A stretch of 64,000 nt of DNA, taken from the IMG/VR virus record IMGVR_UViG_3300015244_001400, positions 26,033-90,032 of that record. One strand, given 5' to 3'. Position 1 is the first letter of the stretch; every line of letters begins with the position of its first letter. The position numbers were made by a program, and so were the translations under genes. Origin of the DNA: a virus. Taxonomy: Duplodnaviria > Caudoviricetes. Positions 19,696-28,000 of the stretch are shown piece by piece. Under the pieces are notes generated by a model. That model did not search any database. It saw nothing but the letters and a program-made list of their open reading frames with translations, and was not told the DNA's origin.

Positions 19696-20211
19696 ATGGT
19701 TTATAATATAGAATCTTACTACGTTAATGAAGACTTTGCTACAGAACTGTTGGTAGAATTTCAAGAGAATTTTACAACAGGAGATAGAGCAATGGTCTAT
19801 TATCATTTGAGAAATTTAAATAGTGTGACAGGAGCTTATTTTATGTCTCAAGATTACTATGTAGAATTACCTTATAAAATCTTATTTGAAGATAAGATGA
19901 TTATTACAGGGAACAAGTTTCAAGATTTAATGTCAGGAGCAGTATCTGCATTAGATATAGTTTTAGCAGAAAGACCTGACATAAGATTTAAAAAGAAAAA
20001 AGGAGTTATTCTTTTAGATGCTTGTTTTGGTAGTGAGTTAGGTGTGTTTTATCTAGATGCTCCTTCTTTTCTAGATTCTACTTTTATCTACACAGATGCT
20101 GCACTAACAAAGAAGTTTGAATATTTTGGAATAATCTCAGACAATGAATATTTTAGTGAATACAACTCTAAGAATGGATTGCAAGGATTAAAGCCTTGTG
20201 ATTTTAGATAA
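19696..20211 (+). CDS. Hypothetical protein
   Basis: 171-aa ORF tightly packed in the operon. Confidence 0.6.
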   Translation: MVYNIESYYVNEDFATELLVEFQENFTTGDRAMVYYHLRNLNSVTGAYFMSQDYYVELPYKILFEDKMIITGNKFQDLMSGAVSALDIVLAERPDIRFKKKKGVILLDACFGSELGVFYLDAPSFLDSTFIYTDAALTKKFEYFGIISDNEYFSEYNSKNGLQGLKPCDFR

Positions 20212-20212
20212 T

Positions 20213-20249
20213 TATATTTGTTTTAAATAAAACAAAATTTGTACATTTG
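20213..20249 (+). promoter_or_regulatory. Full Bacteroidota promoter (-33 TTTG / -7 TACATTTG), tandem with a second TATATTTG
   Basis: TTTG at 20217-20220, 21-nt spacer, TACATTTG at 20242-20249. 20213-20220 is itself a TAnnTTTG. Confidence 0.6.
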
Positions 20250-20277
20250 TAAATCATTTAACATAAAAAAAGAAAAT

Positions 20278-20544
20278 ATGGAAAGTCAAGTTCAAGAAGT
20301 AAACAAAATCTCAGAAGAAGAATTGGAAAATGCAAGAGCATTACAAAATGTAATTGCTTCTACTCATCAGAAAATTGGAGATTTAGAATTAGCTAAAATG
20401 GATTTATTGTATGAAGCTAACACTCACAGAGAGAGTTTAAAAAAACTAGGTGCAGACTTAGAAGCTAAGTATGGTAGAATCACTATTAATTTGGGTACAG
20501 GAGAGTACTCTTTAATTCAAGAAGGAGATGGCAGTAAAGTCTAA
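20278..20544 (+). CDS. Small coiled-coil protein (possible fibre chaperone)
   Basis: 88 aa from ATG 20278 (track's TTG start overlaps the promoter). Coiled coil followed by YGRITINLGTGEY. Confidence 0.55.
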   Translation: MESQVQEVNKISEEELENARALQNVIASTHQKIGDLELAKMDLLYEANTHRESLKKLGADLEAKYGRITINLGTGEYSLIQEGDGSKV

Positions 20545-20665
20545 CTCAACAACTTTTGAGCCAAGGCCAAAAGTAAAAAGACCAGGTGTTCACTCTAAAA
20601 GTAAAACCTCTAAATTAAAAACGTCTAAAAGTTATAAAAAACTTTATAAAGGACAAGGAAGATAA
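20528..20665 (+). CDS. 45-aa highly basic protein (not in ORF track)
   Basis: Hand translation MAVKSNSTTFEPRPKVKRPGVHSKSKTSKLKTSKSYKKLYKGQGR*. Fills the gap before the holin. Confidence 0.65.
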   Translation: MAVKSNSTTFEPRPKVKRPGVHSKSKTSKLKTSKSYKKLYKGQGR

Positions 20666-20678
20666 GAATTTTTTTACC

Positions 20679-20686
20679 TATTTTTG
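20679..20686 (+). promoter_or_regulatory. -7 element TATTTTTG before holin
   Basis: TAnnTTTG 14 nt before ATG 20701. Confidence 0.4.
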
Positions 20687-20700
20687 TAAAGACTTAAATC

Positions 20701-21285
20701 ATGGAAAAGTCATTGAAGATTTTATTAATATTAAAAATAAGTGTTATGGAGTGGATAACCCTATACAGTAAGTATTTTTTTAAACTAGGACTTAGTTTAA
20801 AGACAATGGGATCTAGTCCCGCAGGCATTATTACAGGAACTTCTGTAGTAGCCATTTCTGTTTTATCCTCAGTACAAAAAGCACTGTTGTTATTATTACT
20901 ATTCTTCATCCTGGACTTTATCACAGGCATTTTAGCTTCTTGGAAAGAGAAGAGAGAAAATGAAAAGACCAAACCTGAACTTAAAGAAGAGTCTCTTATC
21001 TCTTCAGACAAACTAAAACTTTCTGCTGTAAAAGCTTTTACCTATGCTAGTGCTATATTAGGAGTATGGGGAATAGAGAAAGTGTTTTTCATTAGAACTT
21101 TTAAGTTTGATAATGTAAGTACAGAAGGTCTAACTATCACTTTAATTTTTATTGGCTTTTGTTGTGCTATAGAGTTCTATTCAATTGTGTTTGAGAACTT
21201 TAAAAGAATGGGCTTTGACATAGCTAAGAGGTTTATCCAAGTAGTTAAGAATACAAAAAAGATTATCTTTCAAGTAGAAAAATAA
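20701..21285 (+). CDS. Holin (Phage_holin_4-like)
   Basis: Several TM segments, LDFITGILAS, SSDKLK and EFYSIVFENFKRMG, basic C-terminus. Start uncertain (20701, 20746 or 20806). Confidence 0.75.
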   Translation: MEKSLKILLILKISVMEWITLYSKYFFKLGLSLKTMGSSPAGIITGTSVVAISVLSSVQKALLLLLLFFILDFITGILASWKEKRENEKTKPELKEESLISSDKLKLSAVKAFTYASAILGVWGIEKVFFIRTFKFDNVSTEGLTITLIFIGFCCAIEFYSIVFENFKRMGFDIAKRFIQVVKNTKKIIFQVEK

Positions 21286-21295
21286 AATAATTCCA

Positions 21296-21303
21296 TATCT
21301 TTG
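21296..21303 (+). promoter_or_regulatory. -7 element TATCTTTG
   Basis: TAnnTTTG only 4 nt before ATG 21308. Confidence 0.5.
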
Positions 21304-21307
21304 TGAT

Positions 21308-22018
21308 ATGGAATTATTAAATAAATTGACACAGCCTTTTAGTAACTTGACTTTTGAAGAAAAAAAGCACAAGTACTTTGTAGAGGGACAACCTATAAAG
21401 AGTTCAGTCTCAGGGTTAATATCAAAATTTTATGAGCACTTTGATGCTCAAGCAGTAGCTCCTTTCTCAGCTAGAAAGTTAGGAATCACTACTGAAGAAG
21501 TCTTAAAACAATGGGCTGACATAAATCAAGAATCTAGAGATAGAGGACACAGAGTGCATAACTTTGGAGAACTCTACCAATTTGACAGAAGCTTAAAACC
21601 TTCTTGTCCTCAAGAGGAAGCTATTGTTGCCTTCTGGAAAAGTTTGCCAGAACACATTATTCCAGTAGCTGCTGAACTTAGGATGTACCACTTTCAATAT
21701 CTATTTGCAGGTACAGCAGACATCATTCTATTTGACACTAAAAATCAGACATATATAATTGCAGATTACAAGACTAACAAAGACTTGTTTAAAAATTTTA
21801 AGGGAAAGACTATGTTGGCCCCTTTTACTGCTTTATTAGATTGTCCTTTAAATCACTATGTGGTACAACTTTCTTATTATCAAATACTCTTAGAGCAAAT
21901 AGGAGTAAGGGTAACTAAGAGAGTTATTATATGGTTAGCTTTAAATGGTGAGTTTACCTGTATCAATACAGAAGATGTATCAGGTATTCTAAAAGAAACT
22001 TTAAAACAACAACAATGA
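21308..22018 (+). CDS. PD-(D/E)XK exonuclease (RecB/lambda-exo-like)
   Basis: RGHRVH, ELRM, AGTADII, IADYKT and YVVQLSYY motifs. Confidence 0.85.
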   Translation: MELLNKLTQPFSNLTFEEKKHKYFVEGQPIKSSVSGLISKFYEHFDAQAVAPFSARKLGITTEEVLKQWADINQESRDRGHRVHNFGELYQFDRSLKPSCPQEEAIVAFWKSLPEHIIPVAAELRMYHFQYLFAGTADIILFDTKNQTYIIADYKTNKDLFKNFKGKTMLAPFTALLDCPLNHYVVQLSYYQILLEQIGVRVTKRVIIWLALNGEFTCINTEDVSGILKETLKQQQ

Positions 22019-22701
22019 GAATATCTGAAGTAATAGAAAGAATCCAGTCTCTTTATTCTAGAGGGGTTTCTAGTGATGAGTCTAGGCTATCTGACAGACA
22101 TGTTTATAATAAAGCATTAACTGTAAGAATGCAACTTCTTTCTCAGCAATTGAAAAAGAAACAAAGACTAAGTGATTGGAACTATACAGTAATGCCTTGT
22201 GTAGAATTAATAAAAGTTCCTAATCATGAGTGTCCTTGTCTAGGAGATTTAGGTTGTGATGTATATAGAACTAAATTTAAAATACCAAGAGTATTGACAG
22301 ATTCTAATAGACACTATATTGAATATGTAATGTCTATAGAGAATGGAATGAGAATAGAAGAAATTACAAGACAAGGTGTTCTATATTTAAAAGGAAACAA
22401 GTATACAGGTCTTAAGCCTAAGTATTTATTTGAAAATGGTTATTTGTATTTTCCTTTAAAGAAAAATCCAGGTATAGTAAAGATTAAACTTCTTGCTGAG
22501 GATCCTTTAGAGGCACACCATTATCCTTCTATTTGTGAAGAATGTCCTGAGTGTTTAGATTGTCTTCCAACTTTTGAACATACCTTTGATATTGATGGGG
22601 ATTTAATTGACCCATTAATTGGTATTTGTGTTCAAGAAATTATTAGTATCTTTGGGCAAGAAACAGGAGGTGCTCAAAGACCTGAAGGAAATAATAAATA
22701 A
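22015..22701 (+). CDS. Tail tubular / ring protein
   Basis: 228 aa in the tail module; SDESRLSDRH and CPC features resemble crAss tail tubular proteins. Confidence 0.55.
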   Translation: MRISEVIERIQSLYSRGVSSDESRLSDRHVYNKALTVRMQLLSQQLKKKQRLSDWNYTVMPCVELIKVPNHECPCLGDLGCDVYRTKFKIPRVLTDSNRHYIEYVMSIENGMRIEEITRQGVLYLKGNKYTGLKPKYLFENGYLYFPLKKNPGIVKIKLLAEDPLEAHHYPSICEECPECLDCLPTFEHTFDIDGDLIDPLIGICVQEIISIFGQETGGAQRPEGNNK

Positions 22702-23174
22702 TGCAAAAGACAAACTTAAATATAAGAAGTTCTTACAAAAGGTACTCTAAAGAGATAGAGAATCCTGTAGAGTTGAAACCTTTTCTTGAGATAGCTAATG
22801 GCTATATGAAATTCTTAATGAATAAAGCAGTTGAAGGAGAAGAAGTAACTATGCCAGTAAAGCTAGGTACTCTTTTCATACAAGGAGTAAAGAAAAGTTT
22901 GAAGTTTAATAAAGATGGTATTCCTTTGCTGCCTCCTAATTGGGGAAAAACAAAACAGCTTTGGGATAGGAATCCTGAAGCAAAGGCTACAAAGAAAATA
23001 GTCTATTGCCTTAATGAAGAAACTGATGGAGTAGTTTATAAGCTGCATTGGTCTAAGAATAGAGTCCCAATAGAGAATAAACTTTATTACAATTTTATCT
23101 TAACCAGAGATAATAAAAGGACTATCAACAAGCAAATAAAACAAGGTAAAGAATATTTAATTAAATCCCAATAA
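22701..23174 (+). CDS. IHF/HU-like DNA-binding protein
   Basis: GEEVTMPVKLGTLFI strand pattern of the HU/IHF fold with an inserted arm; conserved tail-module gene in crAss-like phages. Confidence 0.65.
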   Translation: MQKTNLNIRSSYKRYSKEIENPVELKPFLEIANGYMKFLMNKAVEGEEVTMPVKLGTLFIQGVKKSLKFNKDGIPLLPPNWGKTKQLWDRNPEAKATKKIVYCLNEETDGVVYKLHWSKNRVPIENKLYYNFILTRDNKRTINKQIKQGKEYLIKSQ

Positions 23175-23175
23175 T

Positions 23176-23451
23176 ATGGCAACAGAATTATTAAAATCAG
23201 CAAGTCTTGAAAAGAAAAAAGACTTTGTTCTTCCTAAAGGAGGAACTATTATTAGTAAAGAAGTAAGATTAAATGTAGAAGAAATTGAAAATGGTTTCTT
23301 ACTTAGAAAGTCTTATGACATTAAATGGACTAATGCAGAATCTGAAAATAGCAATTATGAATACTTTACAAGAACTTGGTTCTCTAAAGATAATCCAATT
23401 GAAATTAATATGCCTGAAGATTCAAAATCATTAGCAGACAAATTAGACTAA
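23176..23451 (+). CDS. Hypothetical protein
   Basis: 91-aa ORF abutting the previous gene. Confidence 0.6.
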   Translation: MATELLKSASLEKKKDFVLPKGGTIISKEVRLNVEEIENGFLLRKSYDIKWTNAESENSNYEYFTRTWFSKDNPIEINMPEDSKSLADKLD

Positions 23452-23471
23452 CCAATTAAAAATAGAATAAG

Positions 23472-23981
23472 ATGAACCCACAAATATTAGGGGCTATAGA
23501 TAGCCTAGAAAAAAAAGTTGCAGACTTATATCATAAACTTAAGTCAAATACAGGGACAGTACCAACTCAAGCAGGGATTTTAAAAAGTGCTCAAATTACA
23601 ATCACTTCTTCTGAAATCTTAAGTTCTTCAGGTTTTTCAAAACTATTAGTAAGTTCTGTACCTGGTAAAGTGTTAATACCTGTTTCTGTTAATGCTTATA
23701 GAAAAGCAGGAGGGACAGCTTATTCTATTTCAAATTCAGTAAGACTATTTAGTAGTAGTAGTGCTGGCTCTTCATCAATTGGAAATGGGACATTAGATTC
23801 TGTTTTTCAAAGTCCTTCACCACAAACAACTATTGCTCCAGTATCTACTTCTAATTTTTCTCTTATAGTAGGGAATAGTTTGTATGTAGCTTCTAATAGT
23901 CTAGTAATGCCAAGTGTAATAACTGGAGGAACTGGAGATTTAATTGTGTGTGTTACATACACAGAAGTTGATGCTGCTTAA
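23472..23981 (+). CDS. Putative small virion protein (coiled coil plus Ser-rich beta domain)
   Basis: N-terminal heptads IDSLEKKVADLYHKL, then a beta-rich domain. Confidence 0.5.
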   Translation: MNPQILGAIDSLEKKVADLYHKLKSNTGTVPTQAGILKSAQITITSSEILSSSGFSKLLVSSVPGKVLIPVSVNAYRKAGGTAYSISNSVRLFSSSSAGSSSIGNGTLDSVFQSPSPQTTIAPVSTSNFSLIVGNSLYVASNSLVMPSVITGGTGDLIVCVTYTEVDAA

Positions 23982-24022
23982 TTATTTAAGTGTCTTCTTT
24001 ATAATATTTAAACTAAACTAAG

Positions 24023-25045
24023 ATGAACCAAAGATTTCAATATGTTACAGTAGATACTATCCTATCCAAGTATCTAAGAGACTTCAGGGGTGTAGAACTC
24101 AATGAAGATGAAGCTATTGAGTGGATAGGAGAAGCACTGGGATTCATGCAAATGGCATCTGCTTCTGAAGAGGCTATAGCTTTCCTTGAAGTTAAAAACT
24201 ATCAAGCAGCTTTGCCTAATGGTTTACATTACATTATACAGGTTGCTAAAAGTAACTCATGGGCTCCAACACAGCCTGAGACTTGCACACCAGAAGTAAT
24301 TGTTCAGGACTTGGTTCCTGTAACAGACCCAGACCCCCTAGCTTGCTATGGGGGTTGGACTTCTAATTTAGTTGCTGTAGATGCTAAAGGAGATTTAATT
24401 GGAGATCAAGAAATAGCTTACTACAGACCTTACTTTGATTTACAATATGAATACTTAGGTTGGGCTCAATCTAAATTATTTAGAACAAAGTTTACTCCTG
24501 TTAGATTAGCTAACCATACTTTCTTTAATACTTTAGTATGTCAAACAGAAGAAAATTCAGGTTTGTATGGAAACAGTAATGCTACAGGAAAAGATGAGTA
24601 CACTATTGTAGGTGACCAACTTAGATTTAGTTTCCAAGAAGGGTATGTAGCAGTAGCTTATTTAAGACAAAGAGTAGATCATGAAACTGGATATCCTATG
24701 GTTCCAGATGATGAGTCTGCTAAAGCTGCTATTACTTATTACTTAGGTTGGAAAACTAAAGAAAGAGAAGCTTGGAATCACAGAGAAGGTGCTATGCAAT
24801 TAGCTCAAGTAGCTGAAGCAAGATGGTTAAAATATATTAAGCAGTTCAAGAACAAAGCTAAGATGCCTTGGGGAACTGATGATTATGAAGACCTTATGGA
24901 GCAATCCAATTACTTAATACCAAGAACAAAAAGATACTATGGTTTCTTTGGTAAACTTGGTCAAGCTGAAGATAGGTCTTTTAATGACCCTGACTCTACA
25001 AACAAATATAGATATACATCAGGTAACTCAGCTTATATGAGATAA
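24023..25045 (+). CDS. Tail ring / adaptor protein
   Basis: 340 aa directly upstream of the tail stabilisation gene; EWIGEAL and YPMVPDDES resemble crAss ring proteins. Confidence 0.55.
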   Translation: MNQRFQYVTVDTILSKYLRDFRGVELNEDEAIEWIGEALGFMQMASASEEAIAFLEVKNYQAALPNGLHYIIQVAKSNSWAPTQPETCTPEVIVQDLVPVTDPDPLACYGGWTSNLVAVDAKGDLIGDQEIAYYRPYFDLQYEYLGWAQSKLFRTKFTPVRLANHTFFNTLVCQTEENSGLYGNSNATGKDEYTIVGDQLRFSFQEGYVAVAYLRQRVDHETGYPMVPDDESAKAAITYYLGWKTKEREAWNHREGAMQLAQVAEARWLKYIKQFKNKAKMPWGTDDYEDLMEQSNYLIPRTKRYYGFFGKLGQAEDRSFNDPDSTNKYRYTSGNSAYMR

Positions 25046-25047
25046 TT

Positions 25048-28000
25048 ATGGCTCAAGAAAAACAACAAGGAGGAATTAGTGTAAACATTCCTGGAGGATT
25101 AAATACAGACTCTTCTTTAGTAAATCAACCTGAAGGTACAACTAGATTTGTATTTACAGGAGTAAATGAAACTAAAGAAGGTGATTATGGTTTTATTGCA
25201 AATGAGGAGTCTAACCAAGAGTGTTATGATCTTACTGCTGCTAATATACTAGGCTCTGGGTATGTCCCTATTGGCAAAGTTTATATTGGGGATGAAAATA
25301 ATGCAATCTTTTTAGCTAATCCTAATAAAAACTCTGCTATTATTATAGTAGATAAAAACTGTAAGGTAATAGTTTCTTTTAGTGACAAGAATCAAACAGA
25401 AAAAATGGGGTTCAAAATAGGACAACAAATTGATGCAACTTTCAGATTAAGAAGAGGTTGTGAAAGAGTTGTTTATTGGGTTGACCCTAAACCTAGAATG
25501 TTCATCTTTGATAAAGAAGAGGAATTCAAGGACCCTGTAACAGGAGCTTGGGATATTTCTAAGTTTGGATTGTTTAAAACTTACAAAAAGATTCCTGCTG
25601 TACAAGATATAGAAGTTGTAGATGGTGGAGGGGTTTTACCTCCAGGATCTTACAATTTTTCTGTTCAATACCTTGATGAGGATTTTAATCCTACTGAGTT
25701 TGTTACAAGTACTGAAACTGTTGTAATATATAATACTCCTTCTACCTCTACTTATAGAGAAAAGAGAGGGGCAACTATGCAAAAGAATGATTCTTATTTA
25801 AACTTTGAGAATAGTAATAAAGCTATTAAGATAGTTTTTGACCCTACTTCTTTAGATACTACTTTTCCTTTTTATAGGTTAGCTATTACAGAAGCAAATA
25901 CAGGGCAAGGTTTAGTTAGTGATACTAAATATACTTCTGAGATTTCTACAAGAAATACTACTTTCTATTATACAGGTCTTAACTTTGAAAGCACAGGAAC
26001 TCAAGCTGAGGTAACTATGTTCAATAGTATTATTGAAAAAGCTGAGAGTATAGAACAAATTGAAAATAGATTAATTCTTGGAAATGTAAAAGGTAAAGAA
26101 ATAAACTTTTGTAGACTGCAAAAGTATGCAAGTAAAATCAATACGGATTTAATTACTAAAACAGTTGTAGTCTCTACTACTGATAAGAGTAATGCTAAAG
26201 ATCCTGCTGCCCATTTTAATGGTATAGGGTATATGCCAGGAGAGATTTACTCTCTAGCTATTGTATATATTTTTGCAGATAACACAACTTCTCCTGCTTT
26301 TCATATACCAGGAAAAAGTCACAATGTTACTAACAACCACATGTTTACAGCAGGACCTACTGTGTACCCTATGAGTAATGTAAACAATGCTTGTACAGAT
26401 ACAAGATACATTGATAATAACACTTGTGGTACAGATCTTTTTTGGGGAATAGATTCTCAAGGAGATTCATTAACTAATGAAGCTGTAAGACATCACAGAT
26501 TTCCTTTAAGAACAGATTATAATATTCCTTTTGTTACTAAGGTTCCTGCAGCTGCTGCACTTACCTTTGTAAAGAATCTTGCTATAAATGTAAGTAAGAC
26601 AGGAGCAATATGCCCTACAGAATGTCCTACTACAGAGCCTCCAGCAGGATGTACACCTACATTAGGTAACTTTGGTTCTCCTGTAGAATTTGGTGCTTAT
26701 ACATATAGTGTAAACTATACTGAAGACTCTACCCCTGGAATTCTTTCTAGTGTTATTGACCCTCAACAATATGTAGTAACTGTAGGAGATAATACAACTC
26801 AAAATGTTAGTTATAATGCTAACTCTGGAAACTTGTATGGTGCTTCCATTGTAATTACAGACATTGAAGAAACTTTTGATTATCCTACTGCTCCTAATAC
26901 AGTATCTATGACAGGACCTACTTTAGATCCTATTACAGGCATGTATAAATATACAGGGACATCTACTGCAACAAGTATGACTTACTCTATTACAATAGGC
27001 ATAGGAACTCAAGATGCTTCAGACCCTTTATATTCTGCAGAAATTTTTGGACTTAACTTTTCTAATATCCACAGACCTTCTTTATTAGATACTAATGGAG
27101 AAGAAATTGTTGGATACTATATTGTAAGACAAGAAAGAAAAGAATCAGACAGAACTATTGTAGATAGTGCTGTACTTACTTCAACTACTAAAGAGAAAAA
27201 CTTTGTAGCTCAAGGTTTATTGTTTCCACAATATGCTAATCCTGGAGAACAAGCTGCAAAAATTAAAAAAGATACTTTAGGTTTAATTTATCCTGAACAT
27301 AAGTTTAATGATAGAAAATATTCTACTTTTAGTAAAATAGTTCAACAAGGTAAATTTACCAAAATAAATGCTATTGCAAGTAGAACTAAGATTAGAGATG
27401 TAGCTGATGGTAGTGGATATGTAGATGGAAAACATAAAGATGGAGAAAGAGATGATGATGGTTTTACTATTCAAATTAAGACTAGAGACAATATTACTAA
27501 CTTTGCTAATCAAAATAAATTTACTTTAGATAGTACTAATATTAAAGAGTTGTATTACTTATCTGCATTAGAAGATAAGTTAACTCAAGATAGTGCAAAC
27601 ACAGGAGTAGATGTATTTAATTTAGCATGTGATAACAAAGTAGGTATTATCCAATTAAAACAAAACTACACTTTTAATACTGTATCAAGTTTACCTTATG
27701 TTTATTTGTACAGAGATATTTTAGAACCTTATTCTAATTTTAGATTGACACCTTACTATAAGGAAAGTAGAAACCCTGAAACTTTTGACCCTATTACAAA
27801 TACAAGTACTGTTGCTATTTGGAATGGAGACAGTTACATCAGTTCTATTAGATATGTAAACAGTGTTTACTTTGATACTAGAATGAAAAAGAGAGCAGGT
27901 AAAACTTCTGTTTGGAATTATATTATTGCTGCTATATTAGTAGTAGTAGCTGTAGTAGTAACTATTTTTTCATTTGGAGCAGCTACTGCTGTTGGAATAG

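Noticed and set aside
20239-20277. Track start at 20239 (TTG)
   Set aside because: It overlaps the -7 promoter element; ATG 20278 follows an A-rich leader typical of Bacteroidota.
21308-22018. Cas4-like nuclease
   Set aside because: Lacks the four-Cys Fe-S ligand arrangement; better described as a generic PD-(D/E)XK exonuclease.
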